A stretch of 64,000 nt of DNA, from positions 98,355 to 162,354 of IMG/VR virus record IMGVR_UViG_3300029305_003514; one strand, given 5' to 3'. The translations under genes were made by a program, and so were the position numbers. Source of the stretch: a virus. Taxonomy: Duplodnaviria; Caudoviricetes. The notes under the pieces were generated by a model. It had not been told where the DNA came from and made no database searches. It saw nothing but the letters and a program-made list of their open reading frames with translations. Shown in pieces: positions 38,575 through 49,623 of the stretch; position 1 is the stretch's first letter; every line of letters starts with the position of its first letter.

Positions 38575-41500
38575 TTGGCACTTTTTAAAATTAGTAAAGG
38601 TTTAAAAGCAAACTTACCTTCAACCAAAACAGAAGGTTTTTGTTATTATACTACTGACGATTCTTTATTCTATATAGATTATAAAGATACTAATGGTAAT
38701 TTACAACGTAAGCCTTTAAATGCTAAAGAAGCCGAAAAATTATCTGGAGCATCTTTAGCAACTATTTTAAATTCAAGCAATATAGAAATACCTACTTCAA
38801 AGGCAGTTTTAGATGCTTTAAAAGAAAAAGAAGTATTTATGGCTATTGTAGGAGAAACAACCTATCAAGAGGTTGTTGATGCTGCAAATGCAGGACGTGT
38901 TGTACAAGCTGCGGATGAAAATGGCATTATTCATAATCTTGCTATGGTTTCTGGCGATGGTTGTGTATTTACACAAACAGATGCTTCTAGTGTATATGCT
39001 TTAATTGTAACTAGTGAGAATTATTGGCAAACAGGACTAATTCCATTAGTAACTCAAGAATCTTTTGATTCTCAACTTGCGGAATCTCTTGCTAATAAAG
39101 CAAATATCTCTCATACACACGATGATAGATATTATACCGAGACTGAGATAAATAGCAAATTAAGCGGTAAAGCCGACAAGGAACATACTCATAGTTATGT
39201 ACCAACTTCTCGCACCGTTAATGGTAAAGCACTAAGTTCTAATATTGCATTATCAGCCTCTGATGTTGGCGCACTACCTAGCGACACCGAAATCCCTAAT
39301 GCTCTTTCTGATCTTACTGCAGACTCTACTCACAGAACTGTAACTGATGCAGAAAAGGCAACTTGGAACGCAAAGTCCAATTTTTCTGGAAGCTACAATG
39401 ATTTAACCAATAAGCCTACTATTCCTTCCATTTCTGGACTTGCGGCCACTTCTTATGTAGATGCGCAAGATAGTGCAACTTTAGCATCTGCAAAATCTTA
39501 TATTGATGATGAAATTGATGCTCTTGGTGATACTTATTATACCGAGGATGAAATTGACGCTAAAGTAGCAACCATAAATTCTTCTATTTCTGGTAAAGCA
39601 AATGCAACTCACTCTCATGATAACGCAACTACTACTAGTGCGGGTTTTATGAGTAAGGATGATAAAACTAAACTTAATAATATTGCAGCTGGTGCAGAAG
39701 TTAACCAAAATGCATTCTCTAATGTTGTAGTTGGTTCTACTACAATTGCCGCTGATTCTAAAACTGACAGCTTAACTATTGCTGCGGGCACTGGAATCTC
39801 TGTATCTGGCGATGCTACCAATGATAAGGTGACTATTACCAACTCCGGTGTGCGCTCTATTTCCACAGGCGGCACCAATGGTACTATTTCTGTAAATACT
39901 AATGGCTCTTCTAAAGAGGTTGCCGTTAAAGGATTAGGTTCTGCTGCTTATACAGCTTCTACTGCTTATGATGCTGCGGGTACTGCACAGACTAAGGCTG
40001 ATGCTGCATTAGCTTCTGCTAAAACTTATGCTGATGGCATTAAGAACGAGCTTTTAAATGGTGCGGGTGATGCATATGACACCCTTAAAGAACTTGGCGA
40101 TTTAATTGATAACAACGCTGATGCTATTGACGCGCTTGAGACCATTGCTGCAGGTAAGGCTGATCAAACACACTCTCATGCAATTTCTGAAGTATCTGGC
40201 CTTCAGTCTGCATTAGATGGTAAAGCAGCTTCTTCTCATGGCACCCACGTATCATATTCAACTACCGCTCCTGTAATGGACGGCTCTGCTTCTGCAGGAT
40301 CTGCAAATACTGTTGCACGTTCTGACCATAAGCATCCTACTGATACTTCGAGGGCCGCTAAAACCGATCTTGATACACATACTGGTAATACAACTCTGCA
40401 CATTACTTCTACTGAAAGAACTAATTGGGGCACTGCTTATACTCACTCTCAGGCAGCGCATGCTCCTAGTAATGCGGAGAAGAACCAGAATGCATTTAGC
40501 AATGTAACTGTAGGGTCTACAACTATTGCAGCTGATTCTGTTACAGATACTCTTACAATTGCGGCAGGATCTAATGTAACTATTACTCCTGATGCCACTA
40601 ATGACAAGATTACAATTTCTGCTACAGACACAGTATATACTCATCCTACTTATACAGCTAAAAATAATGGTTTATATAAAGTAACTGTAGATTCCACAGG
40701 TCACGTAAGTGGTACTGCTGCTGTTGCTAAGGCTGATATTACAGCCCTTGGTATACCTGCACAGGATACAACTTATTCTGCCGCTACCCAGTCGGCTGCT
40801 GGCTTGATGTCTGTTGATGATAAGAAAAAATTAGATGGAATTGCTACAGGTGCCACTGCAAATACTGGTACCATTACAGGTGTAAGCGCAAATGGCACAA
40901 GTGTAGCCACTAGTGGCGTTGCAAATATTCCTGCTGCAACCACAAGTAAATATGGTGTAACTAAGTTAAGTTCTTCTACTTCAAGTACAAGTACTTCTCT
41001 TGCAGCAACACCTTCTGCCGTAAAAGCTGCATATGATTTAGCCGCTAGTAAAGCGGATACTACCGCCGCTACTACTGAAGCCGCAGGTCTTATGTCTGCT
41101 GCAGATAAAACTAAATTAGACGGAATTGCCACTGGAGCTACAGCCAACATTGGCACTATTACTGGAGTAAGTGTAAATGGTACATCGGTAGCAACAAGTG
41201 GAGCAGCTAATATTCCTGCTGCTTCTACAAGTGCATATGGCGCAACTAAATTAAGCTCTTCTGTTAGTAGTACAAGCGAGGTTCTTGCTGCTACTCCTAA
41301 GGCAGTAAAGACTGCTTATGATCTTGCAGCTAGTAAAGCATCTACAAGTGTAGCTACTACTTCTGCAAATGGTCTTATGAGCTCCGATGATAAAACCAAG
41401 CTCGATGGCATTGCTACTGGCGCAAATAAGTATACCCATCCTAGTTATACTGCTAAATCTAGTGGTTTATATAAAGTGACTGTAGATAGTTCTGGACATG

Positions 41501-44500
41501 TTAGCGGAACTTCTGCTGTTACCAAATCAGACATTACTGCTTTAGGCATCCCCGCTCAGGATACTACTTACACTTTAGGCAGTTTTGGAGTTACCGCTAC
41601 TGCGGCTGAATTAAATAAATTAGATGGAATTACAGCAACTACCACAGAACTTAATTATGTAGACGGTGTAACATCTAATATTCAAACCCAATTAGATAGT
41701 AAGGCTAAAAAGACTGCTGGAATTTTCTATATCGAAGGTACTGGTAGTACCGCAGGAACTTGGTTGGGTTCACATCCTGATATTACCGAATATTATGACG
41801 GTTTAATGATAGCTTATAAGGTAGGCGTTGCTGGTGCAAGCACTACTACTCTTAATATTAATGATTTAGGTGCTGTGACTGTAGTAAGAAATGTTACAAC
41901 TGCTGTATCAACTGCTTATGCTGTTGATGTCATAGTATTCTTAACTTATACTACTGACAGTAGTGGAAAAGCTTATTGGAAAATCGCAGAATATGATAGC
42001 GATTCCAAGACCAGATCTTCTAATAAAACTGGTTCTAAAATGTTCTTAATTGGCGCTACTTCTCAAAGCTCTAGCGGACAAACTACATATTCTAATAGCA
42101 ATTGTTATATTGGTACTGATAACTGCTTATATAGCGGTGGCGCAAAAGTTTCTACTACTGACACCAACACCACCTATACTCTTACTAAAGACGGTTCTAC
42201 CATTACTTTAACTGGTAGCGACGGATCTACCACATCTGTTACTGATGCTGACACCAATACAACTTCTTTCACTATCACTGCTGAAGCAGGAGATGATGAT
42301 GTAGTAGTTCTTTCTGGAACAAGCGGTACAAATAAAGTAAATTATACTGCTAGCCATGCTAAGAAAGGCCCTTCTACTACAACTAGCACAACTAAAGGTG
42401 CTACTTCTAATGTAACTATTAGTGGTTCTGGCGCTTCTGGTTCTATTAAAATTCCTAAAGTTACCACTGATATGTATGGCCACACTACTGGTTTAACTGA
42501 GCAGACTTTAAGTATTACAATGCCTACACTTCCTACTGCTTTAAAGAATCCTACTGCTCTTACTGTAGGTTCTAAGAGTTATGATGGCTCTTCTGCTATT
42601 GAAATTACAGCCGCTGACCTTGGTCTTGCTTCTGCAATGAAGTTCTTAGGTACTAGCGCAACCGCTATTACTGATGGGGCAACTACAAACCCAATTACAA
42701 TAGGTTCGACTTCTACCACTGTGACTTCTGGTAACGTAGTTCTTTATGGCTCTAAAGAATTTGTATGGAACGGCTCTGCTTGGGAAGAATTGGGTAATGA
42801 AGGTAGCTATAAGGTAGTTCAAGCTGCCGTTGCAAGTCCTTCTGCTTCTGGTACTGCTACTGCATTTATTGATACTATTTCTCAGGATACTAATGGTAAG
42901 ATTACTGCAACTAAGAAAAATGTAACTAGCGCCTCCGCTTCTGCTTCTGGTTTAATGAGTAGTGCTCATTACTCTAAGTTAGAAGGCATTGAAGCAGGCG
43001 CAAATAAATATAGCCATCCTACTTATACTGCAAAGTCTAGCGGACTATATAAAGTTACTGTAGATGGCACTGGTCATGTTAGCGCGGCAACCGCTGTTGC
43101 TAAGTCTGATATTACAGCACTTGGAATTCCTGCACAAGATACCACTTACAGCGCAGCTTCTCAATCTGCAGCGGGCTTAATGAGTGCGGATGATAAGAAG
43201 AAATTAGACGGAATTGCTGCGGGCGCTAATAATTATACTTATACACTTCCTACTGCATCTAGTTCTACTCTTGGTGGTATTAAGGTTGGTTCTAACCTTT
43301 CTATCTCTAGTGGAACTTTAAGTGTTCCTGACGCTTCTGGTTCTGTTAAGGGTGTAACTATTGTTTATCCATCAGCAAGCTGTACTACATTCTCTTCTGA
43401 TAGTGGTACTGTTACTCCTTTAGCAGTTCAAAAAGGCGCTAAAATGTTCGCTATTACCAGACCCACTTCTTCTACTAATAAAGCTATTACAAGATATAGT
43501 AATACTACTGGTGATGTTCAAGATTCTAAGATAATCATTGAAGATGTAACTAATAGTAGAGATAGTAGTAAAACAGCTCAAGTTATTGCAATTCCTGCCG
43601 AAGGTGGCAAAAAGATGGTGTATGGTTACTGCACCGATCAAGTTGATGGCACTTCCTTTATCGGCGGTGTATTTGATCAGTCTGCTACTGAATATCCATA
43701 TAATCAAGGTTTAGCAATTGGAGGAACTTCTGGAAACCTTCTTTGGAAAGGCGTTAAAGTTGCTACTGTCAATGATCTCCCAACAGTATCATTGTCCGCT
43801 TTGGGTATAACTGCTACTGCAGCCGAACTCAATAAAATGGACGGTGTTACTGCTACTACCGCAGAACTTAATTATGTTGATGGTGTAACTTCAAATATTC
43901 AAACTCAGTTAAACAATAAGGCTTCTACTGCAAGCGCAACTCAGTCTGCAGCTGGTCTTATGTCTGCGGCTGATAAGAAAAAGCTTGATGGAATTGCAAG
44001 CGGAGCTAATGCTTATACACTACCTGCGGCTACCAGCTCTACCCTTGGTGGTGTTAAGACCACTTCTACAGTTACTAGTGTAAGTGGCTTAACTCCTGTG
44101 CCTATTATTGATGGTGTTCCTTATTATAAAGATACCAATACTACTTATAGTGCGGCTACTACCTCTGCAGCAGGTTTAATGTCTGCAGCAGATAAGGCTA
44201 AACTTGATGGTATTGCTGAAAATGCAAATAATTATACTTATACACTTCCCGCCGCGGGTTCTTCTCTTGGCGGTGTAAAGAGTGGTGGAGACGTTACTAT
44301 TTCTAACGGTGTAATTACTGTTAGTGATGATAGTCATAATCATGTTATTTCAAATGTAGATGGCTTACAGACTGCACTTGATGGCAAGGCTGCAAGCGAT
44401 CATATTCATTACTATGGCGTTTGCGGAACTGCCGCTGATACAGTTGCAAAGGAAGTAACCGTTAGCAGTACATTTAAATTAGTTGAAGGTGCTCAGGTAA

Positions 44501-45492
44501 CTGTTAAATTTACAAATGCAAATAGTATTGCCTCGCCCACCTTAAACGTAAACGGAACAGGCGCAAAGCCTATTTATCGATATGGGACAACTGCTGTAAG
44601 TACAGGCACAACCACTACAGGTTGGATAGCAGGTGCTGTTCAAATGTTTACTTATGATGGCACTGCTTGGATTAGAGATTATTGGAATAACACAACTTAT
44701 TCTAATGTCTCTCTTGGTCAGGGTTATGCTACCTGCTCTACCGCAGCTGCAACCACAGCTAAGACTGCAAGTTTGTCTAGTTACGCTTTAACAACTGGCG
44801 GTATTGTAGCGGTAAAGTTTACAAACGATGTTCCTGAAGGAGCAACGCTTAATATCAACAGCAAGGGCGCAAAAGCTATTTACCATAGAGGGGCAAAAAT
44901 TGCGGCTGGTGTTATTAAAGCCGGAGATACTGCAACCTTTATTTATAGTAGTTATTATCACTTACTCTCTATTGACAGAGATGAAGATAATACTACCACA
45001 CTTTCTGATTTAGGCGTAACAGCTACTGCTTCCGAACTAAATGTGCTTGATGGTATTACCGCCACTGTTACAGAGCTTAATTATATAGACGGCGTTACTT
45101 CTAATATTCAAACTCAGTTAAATGGAAAAGCACCTACTAGTCATGCTTCTACTGCTACAACTTATGGTGCGGCATCTGCATCCAATTATGGACACGCAAT
45201 GGCTTCTTCTACTACACCTAAGGCCAACGGAACTGCTGCTGTAGGTTCTGAAACAGCTAAGTTTGCAAGAGGAGACCATGTTCACCCACTTCAGACGACA
45301 GTTAGTGGAAACGCGGGCACTGCAACCAAGCTTGCATCTGCAAAGACCATTACACTTTCTGGTGATATTTCTGGTAGTGTTTCTTTTGACGGTTCTACTA
45401 ATGTAACAATAACAACTGCTATTACTGATGCTTTAACGCAGAAAGTAATCGCTGCACTACCAATTTATAACGGAGAGGAAGTTGAAGTATGA
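38575..45492 (+). CDS. Long modular tail fibre, 2305 aa
   Basis: Thr/Ser/Ala-rich; repeated AGLMS..DK.KLDGIA, HP.YTAK..GLYKVTVD and ELNYVDGVTSNIQTQL modules; HTH/HSH knots. Confidence 0.85.
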   Translation: MALFKISKGLKANLPSTKTEGFCYYTTDDSLFYIDYKDTNGNLQRKPLNAKEAEKLSGASLATILNSSNIEIPTSKAVLDALKEKEVFMAIVGETTYQEVVDAANAGRVVQAADENGIIHNLAMVSGDGCVFTQTDASSVYALIVTSENYWQTGLIPLVTQESFDSQLAESLANKANISHTHDDRYYTETEINSKLSGKADKEHTHSYVPTSRTVNGKALSSNIALSASDVGALPSDTEIPNALSDLTADSTHRTVTDAEKATWNAKSNFSGSYNDLTNKPTIPSISGLAATSYVDAQDSATLASAKSYIDDEIDALGDTYYTEDEIDAKVATINSSISGKANATHSHDNATTTSAGFMSKDDKTKLNNIAAGAEVNQNAFSNVVVGSTTIAADSKTDSLTIAAGTGISVSGDATNDKVTITNSGVRSISTGGTNGTISVNTNGSSKEVAVKGLGSAAYTASTAYDAAGTAQTKADAALASAKTYADGIKNELLNGAGDAYDTLKELGDLIDNNADAIDALETIAAGKADQTHSHAISEVSGLQSALDGKAASSHGTHVSYSTTAPVMDGSASAGSANTVARSDHKHPTDTSRAAKTDLDTHTGNTTLHITSTERTNWGTAYTHSQAAHAPSNAEKNQNAFSNVTVGSTTIAADSVTDTLTIAAGSNVTITPDATNDKITISATDTVYTHPTYTAKNNGLYKVTVDSTGHVSGTAAVAKADITALGIPAQDTTYSAATQSAAGLMSVDDKKKLDGIATGATANTGTITGVSANGTSVATSGVANIPAATTSKYGVTKLSSSTSSTSTSLAATPSAVKAAYDLAASKADTTAATTEAAGLMSAADKTKLDGIATGATANIGTITGVSVNGTSVATSGAANIPAASTSAYGATKLSSSVSSTSEVLAATPKAVKTAYDLAASKASTSVATTSANGLMSSDDKTKLDGIATGANKYTHPSYTAKSSGLYKVTVDSSGHVSGTSAVTKSDITALGIPAQDTTYTLGSFGVTATAAELNKLDGITATTTELNYVDGVTSNIQTQLDSKAKKTAGIFYIEGTGSTAGTWLGSHPDITEYYDGLMIAYKVGVAGASTTTLNINDLGAVTVVRNVTTAVSTAYAVDVIVFLTYTTDSSGKAYWKIAEYDSDSKTRSSNKTGSKMFLIGATSQSSSGQTTYSNSNCYIGTDNCLYSGGAKVSTTDTNTTYTLTKDGSTITLTGSDGSTTSVTDADTNTTSFTITAEAGDDDVVVLSGTSGTNKVNYTASHAKKGPSTTTSTTKGATSNVTISGSGASGSIKIPKVTTDMYGHTTGLTEQTLSITMPTLPTALKNPTALTVGSKSYDGSSAIEITAADLGLASAMKFLGTSATAITDGATTNPITIGSTSTTVTSGNVVLYGSKEFVWNGSAWEELGNEGSYKVVQAAVASPSASGTATAFIDTISQDTNGKITATKKNVTSASASASGLMSSAHYSKLEGIEAGANKYSHPTYTAKSSGLYKVTVDGTGHVSAATAVAKSDITALGIPAQDTTYSAASQSAAGLMSADDKKKLDGIAAGANNYTYTLPTASSSTLGGIKVGSNLSISSGTLSVPDASGSVKGVTIVYPSASCTTFSSDSGTVTPLAVQKGAKMFAITRPTSSTNKAITRYSNTTGDVQDSKIIIEDVTNSRDSSKTAQVIAIPAEGGKKMVYGYCTDQVDGTSFIGGVFDQSATEYPYNQGLAIGGTSGNLLWKGVKVATVNDLPTVSLSALGITATAAELNKMDGVTATTAELNYVDGVTSNIQTQLNNKASTASATQSAAGLMSAADKKKLDGIASGANAYTLPAATSSTLGGVKTTSTVTSVSGLTPVPIIDGVPYYKDTNTTYSAATTSAAGLMSAADKAKLDGIAENANNYTYTLPAAGSSLGGVKSGGDVTISNGVITVSDDSHNHVISNVDGLQTALDGKAASDHIHYYGVCGTAADTVAKEVTVSSTFKLVEGAQVTVKFTNANSIASPTLNVNGTGAKPIYRYGTTAVSTGTTTTGWIAGAVQMFTYDGTAWIRDYWNNTTYSNVSLGQGYATCSTAAATTAKTASLSSYALTTGGIVAVKFTNDVPEGATLNINSKGAKAIYHRGAKIAAGVIKAGDTATFIYSSYYHLLSIDRDEDNTTTLSDLGVTATASELNVLDGITATVTELNYIDGVTSNIQTQLNGKAPTSHASTATTYGAASASNYGHAMASSTTPKANGTAAVGSETAKFARGDHVHPLQTTVSGNAGTATKLASAKTITLSGDISGSVSFDGSTNVTITTAITDALTQKVIAALPIYNGEEVEV

Positions 45493-46856
45493 GTAAATTT
45501 AAATTTAAATTAACTCCCGGCAAGGCGACTAGTTTAATAACTACAGGTAAATATTGCGATCGTGATATACTCTTTGGTGCTACTGATAGTAATTTTTTTA
45601 CTAATCAGTTACCAATTTCTACTGATACCGACGGAACTATATATAATGGGACTGGTTATAAATATGGACAGCGTTTAAGTAGTAGCGGTACATTAGGAAA
45701 TCAAAACAATTCTTATGTCACTGGATTTATCCCCTGTAAGGTCGGAGACATTATTCGCATGAGAAATATGAAATACCAAAAAACTACTATAGATGGTAGT
45801 GTGGCTCCTGGAAATCAGCGTATTACTTTTTATGATTCTAATAAACAACCATTAGCAACATCATCAACTAATACTGCTATTTTTCAAATTAATACTCAAG
45901 GACTTGGCGGTGTAGCGAATGGAATTTATGATAGTAATGATTGTGGAATACAATGGACTATAAGATCTAATATGTTTGCTAATACATCAAAAATTGCTTA
46001 TTTTAGATTGAATGCTAGAGAAATTGGGCCTAATTCTATCATTACTGTTAATGAAAATATTCCATATGTAAATCAATTACCTCTTTCATTAGATACTAGT
46101 GGCACTCTTTATGAAGATGGTTGGGGATATAAATACGATACTCGTCTTAATTCTTCAAATGTAGAGACTGCCGCTGCTGGTTGGGATTTAACTGGTTATA
46201 TCCCTTGTAAAACAGGCGATGTTATTAGAATGAAAAATATACAATTTTTAGATCTGGATGGTACCGGGGGAGAATATTCAAGAGCGGGAGTAACTCTTTT
46301 TGATTCTTCTTTTAATTATGTGGATAAGTCTGCAAATTATACCCCAACGTCTCTTCCTTCTTCAGCATGGAATGCCGTTTATAATGATAGAGGTGACTTA
46401 ATTCAGTTTACCGTACCAACATCATACAGCTCATCTACTGCATATATAAGAATTTGTGCAAGAGATATTAGACCAAATGCTATTATTACTGTAAATGAAA
46501 AAATAGTTGAGATGACTTTTGATACAGGTATTCAAACTACTAATGTTACAATGAGTATTGGTGGCGGATATACTGATGTATTCTATACTAAATATAGTAA
46601 TTCCAACTCTTCTCCAGAATACTTTTATTCACCTGATGATGTTCCCGTAGATTATAATCTTAATAATGTTTTAGTAGGCTCAAGCATAGTAGTAACTTGT
46701 AATACTAATGCTACAGTGGATTATTCCGGCGGTGTAAATTTAGTTTTAACAGGTACAACTCTTTCAGCATATAACGGAGTTCAATATTATATATTCGCTG
46801 TTACTTCTGCAGACGATGGATTTATTTTTATTGAAGGCGAAGGAGAATGGGAGTAA
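45489..46856 (+). CDS. Tail-associated protein with an internally duplicated ~150-aa domain
   Basis: NQLP.S.DT.GT.Y...GYKY..RL.SS...TG(F/Y)IPCK.GD.IRM.N occurs twice. Confidence 0.65.
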   Translation: MSKFKFKLTPGKATSLITTGKYCDRDILFGATDSNFFTNQLPISTDTDGTIYNGTGYKYGQRLSSSGTLGNQNNSYVTGFIPCKVGDIIRMRNMKYQKTTIDGSVAPGNQRITFYDSNKQPLATSSTNTAIFQINTQGLGGVANGIYDSNDCGIQWTIRSNMFANTSKIAYFRLNAREIGPNSIITVNENIPYVNQLPLSLDTSGTLYEDGWGYKYDTRLNSSNVETAAAGWDLTGYIPCKTGDVIRMKNIQFLDLDGTGGEYSRAGVTLFDSSFNYVDKSANYTPTSLPSSAWNAVYNDRGDLIQFTVPTSYSSSTAYIRICARDIRPNAIITVNEKIVEMTFDTGIQTTNVTMSIGGGYTDVFYTKYSNSNSSPEYFYSPDDVPVDYNLNNVLVGSSIVVTCNTNATVDYSGGVNLVLTGTTLSAYNGVQYYIFAVTSADDGFIFIEGEGEWE

Positions 46857-46925
46857 TTAATTAGATTTATATATCTGATTATACTAATAATATAAAAAAT
46901 TCAATAAATATTAGGAGATGATTTT

Positions 46926-47024
46926 ATGATAAATATAATTCATCTATTATGGATAATTCCTTTATCCAGTTCATTCGGTTTCCTGATCGCAGCTATCATG
47001 GCTGCGTCAGGAGGCCAAGATTAA
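46926..47024 (+). CDS. 32-aa single-TM peptide (below track cutoff)
   Basis: AGGAG RBS; MINIIHLLWIIPLSSSFGFLIAAIMAASGGQD. Confidence 0.6.
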   Translation: MINIIHLLWIIPLSSSFGFLIAAIMAASGGQD

Positions 47025-47039
47025 AAAGGAAGTGATGAT

Positions 47040-47912
47040 TTGGCAAATTTAACATTAACATTGCCCGCTGGCATACCTATTTGTAGCGGCAAACAGGTAA
47101 CATTTAAAGCTCCTTGTGATTGCACGGATGTGCAAGCTATTATTATTAATGATGTTACATATGCTTTAGTTGATTCAAATAAAAGTGAAATTTCTAGTTG
47201 TGGCAATTTATTCTGCAAGGATGCTTATGTTTCTGTTTTACTTGATTGTGAAAATAATTTAGCATATGTTCATACTGGCGGAGGTAGTGGTAATTCATTA
47301 TTAATAAAAAATATTAATGTACCACTAGATAGTTTTTCTGCATATACTCCTGATGCTAATATTGAAGAAGAAAATTTATTTAATTTAGGCTATAAATACA
47401 AGGCCGTTGTTGCAATAGAAAATGCAAAAGAAGTAATGATTCCTGATGTTACTTTTTCTGTATCTAATTTAGAAGCTTCAGGCGTTGATATAGCTAATCA
47501 GGTAAATTGCTGCAATGGTAGTATTCATATATATGCTACTGGTATTCCTAATAATGATATAAAAATATTAACTTTAGAATTAAGTTGGAATGAAAAAGTT
47601 GTTAATGTAAGCAATATTTTAACTCCAGATGATATAGGCGCTATTTCCGTAAACCAAAAAGGTGTTGCTAATGGTGTTGCCACTCTTGATGCTAACGGAA
47701 AGTTAGTTCAGATGCCCACTGCCGAAGATATTAGTACAATACTCGAAGGGACGAATATAGGTGCAGTAAAAAGTGTAAATGGACAGATAGGCGAAGTGAT
47801 ATTAACTCCAGAAAATATAGGTGCTGCTCCTTCTAATCTTTATGGTACGGAAGAGTTGATTACAGGAGTTTCTGAACTTGCAGACGGTGTAATCTATTGT
47901 ATGTATGAATAA
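47040..47912 (+). CDS. Fibre-associated protein
   Basis: KGVANGVATLDANGK and VKSVNGQIGEVILT fibre motifs. Confidence 0.65.
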   Translation: MANLTLTLPAGIPICSGKQVTFKAPCDCTDVQAIIINDVTYALVDSNKSEISSCGNLFCKDAYVSVLLDCENNLAYVHTGGGSGNSLLIKNINVPLDSFSAYTPDANIEEENLFNLGYKYKAVVAIENAKEVMIPDVTFSVSNLEASGVDIANQVNCCNGSIHIYATGIPNNDIKILTLELSWNEKVVNVSNILTPDDIGAISVNQKGVANGVATLDANGKLVQMPTAEDISTILEGTNIGAVKSVNGQIGEVILTPENIGAAPSNLYGTEELITGVSELADGVIYCMYE

Positions 47913-47924
47913 GGCGGTGGAAGT

Positions 47925-49094
47925 ATGGCTAAATCGTCTTATATAGGTGTCGATGGTATATCAAAAAAAGTTAAGAAAATATATATAGGTATAGATGGTA
48001 TTGCCCGCAAGGTTAAAAAAGCTTGGATTGGTATTAATGGTATAGCTAGATTATTTTTTAGCGGTAATGAGCTTAGCTATTATGGAACAACATTAAAACC
48101 ATTAAGTGCAGCAAGGTATGGTTTAGCAGCCACTACAGTTGGAGATTATGCTTTATTTGCAGCATCAGGTAATACTCCCACGGCGGCTATTGTGGACGCT
48201 TATGGCAAAGATTTAATGCATTATATACCTAAAGAGCAATTAAGCATAGCTAAATTTAATTTAGCAGCAACTACATTTGGAAATTATGCTTTATTTGGTG
48301 GTGGAAGAAAAGCTGATTCATCTATTATACCAATGAATACTGTAGAATATTATGATAAAGATTTGATGCGCGGAACATTAGAGTTCTCTTTAAGTGTAGC
48401 CAGACATAATTTAGCAGCAACTGCTACAGAAGATTATGCATTTTTTGGAGGCGGAACTGGGGATAATTCAACCTACACTAATACAGTAGATGTATATGAT
48501 AGAGATTTAATCAGATTTGATTCTGATAAACCATTAAGTATACCAAGGTGTAGTTTGGCTGCAGTCTCTATTGGAGATTATGCTGTATTTGGCGGAGGAC
48601 ATAGTGGGCTCGGTGCACCTTCTAATGTTATAGATGCGTTTAACGGACTAACTCGTTTAACATCTACTATAGATCCATTAAGTATAGCAAGAAGTGGCCT
48701 AGCAGTAGCCACTGTGGGAAATTATATTTTATTTGCTGGCGGTAATAAACACGAAGCTAATATAAGATTAGATACTGTAGATGTGTATGATAAAGATTTA
48801 ATTCGTTCAACATCCACTATAGAATCATTAAGTGTAGCAAGGTATGAGTTAGCAGCCACTACAGTTGGAGATTATGCTTTATTTGGCGGTGGTATATCAA
48901 CATCAATTGATGGTGTCGAAGTTGATACTATTGATGTATATGATGCATTGCTAATAAGAACTGTAGAGTCTTTAAGTGCAGCAAGGTATGGTTTAGCAGC
49001 CACTACAGTTGGAGATTATGCTTTATTTGGTGGCGGTAGAAAAATATCAGATAATAACGTATTAGATATAGTAGATGTCTATCAGATTTCTTAA
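47925..49094 (+). CDS. Kelch-like beta-propeller protein (putative receptor-binding)
   Basis: Seven repeats of LS.AR..LAATTVGDYALFGGG...VDVYD; N-terminal YIGVDG..KKVKK repeats. Confidence 0.8.
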   Translation: MAKSSYIGVDGISKKVKKIYIGIDGIARKVKKAWIGINGIARLFFSGNELSYYGTTLKPLSAARYGLAATTVGDYALFAASGNTPTAAIVDAYGKDLMHYIPKEQLSIAKFNLAATTFGNYALFGGGRKADSSIIPMNTVEYYDKDLMRGTLEFSLSVARHNLAATATEDYAFFGGGTGDNSTYTNTVDVYDRDLIRFDSDKPLSIPRCSLAAVSIGDYAVFGGGHSGLGAPSNVIDAFNGLTRLTSTIDPLSIARSGLAVATVGNYILFAGGNKHEANIRLDTVDVYDKDLIRSTSTIESLSVARYELAATTVGDYALFGGGISTSIDGVEVDTIDVYDALLIRTVESLSAARYGLAATTVGDYALFGGGRKISDNNVLDIVDVYQIS

Positions 49095-49108
49095 AGGAGG
49101 AATTTACA

Positions 49109-49468
49109 ATGGCAAGATATGCAATTTGGGACAAAATAAGCCCTATGATTACCCCTGTTGGCAAAATACTTTCAGCCGAACAGTGGAAGGAACGTTATCC
49201 TGTGGCAACGCTTGATAATATTAAAGTTGTTTGTGGTGGTGGAGAAATTAATGGTTCTTTCTTTAGTACTTTTGGTCAAATGATTGAAATGTATACAAAA
49301 TTAGGTTGTGATTTTTCTGATTGCGAAGCCGATCAGGATTATTTAAATGCGATTGAAGCTTTTGAAGATGAGATGAATAAACCGTCTACCGAACCTACTA
49401 CTGACGAGCGCATTGCTGCAGCACTCGAATATCAGGTAATGATGAGTTTACCTGATGAGGAAGCATAA
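49109..49468 (+). CDS. Putative fibre chaperone
   Basis: C-terminal PTTDERIAAALEYQ; directly precedes an XkdX-like gene. Confidence 0.55.
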   Translation: MARYAIWDKISPMITPVGKILSAEQWKERYPVATLDNIKVVCGGGEINGSFFSTFGQMIEMYTKLGCDFSDCEADQDYLNAIEAFEDEMNKPSTEPTTDERIAAALEYQVMMSLPDEEA

Positions 49469-49480
49469 GGAGGCATATAT

Positions 49481-49612
49481 ATGAATTTCGAAACTATTAA
49501 GAGAAATTATGAACATAAACTTTGGAATAAAGCTATGGTAAAAATGGCTGTAAAAAAAGGTGTTATTACTAAAGAAGAATATAAGAAAATAGTTGGAGAA
49601 AATTATAATTAA
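49481..49612 (+). CDS. XkdX-family small protein, 43 aa (below track cutoff)
   Basis: AAGGAGG RBS; MNFETIKRNYEHKLWNKAMVKMAVKKGVITKEEYKKIVGENYN. Confidence 0.8.
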   Translation: MNFETIKRNYEHKLWNKAMVKMAVKKGVITKEEYKKIVGENYN

Positions 49613-49623
49613 ATATAAAGAAT

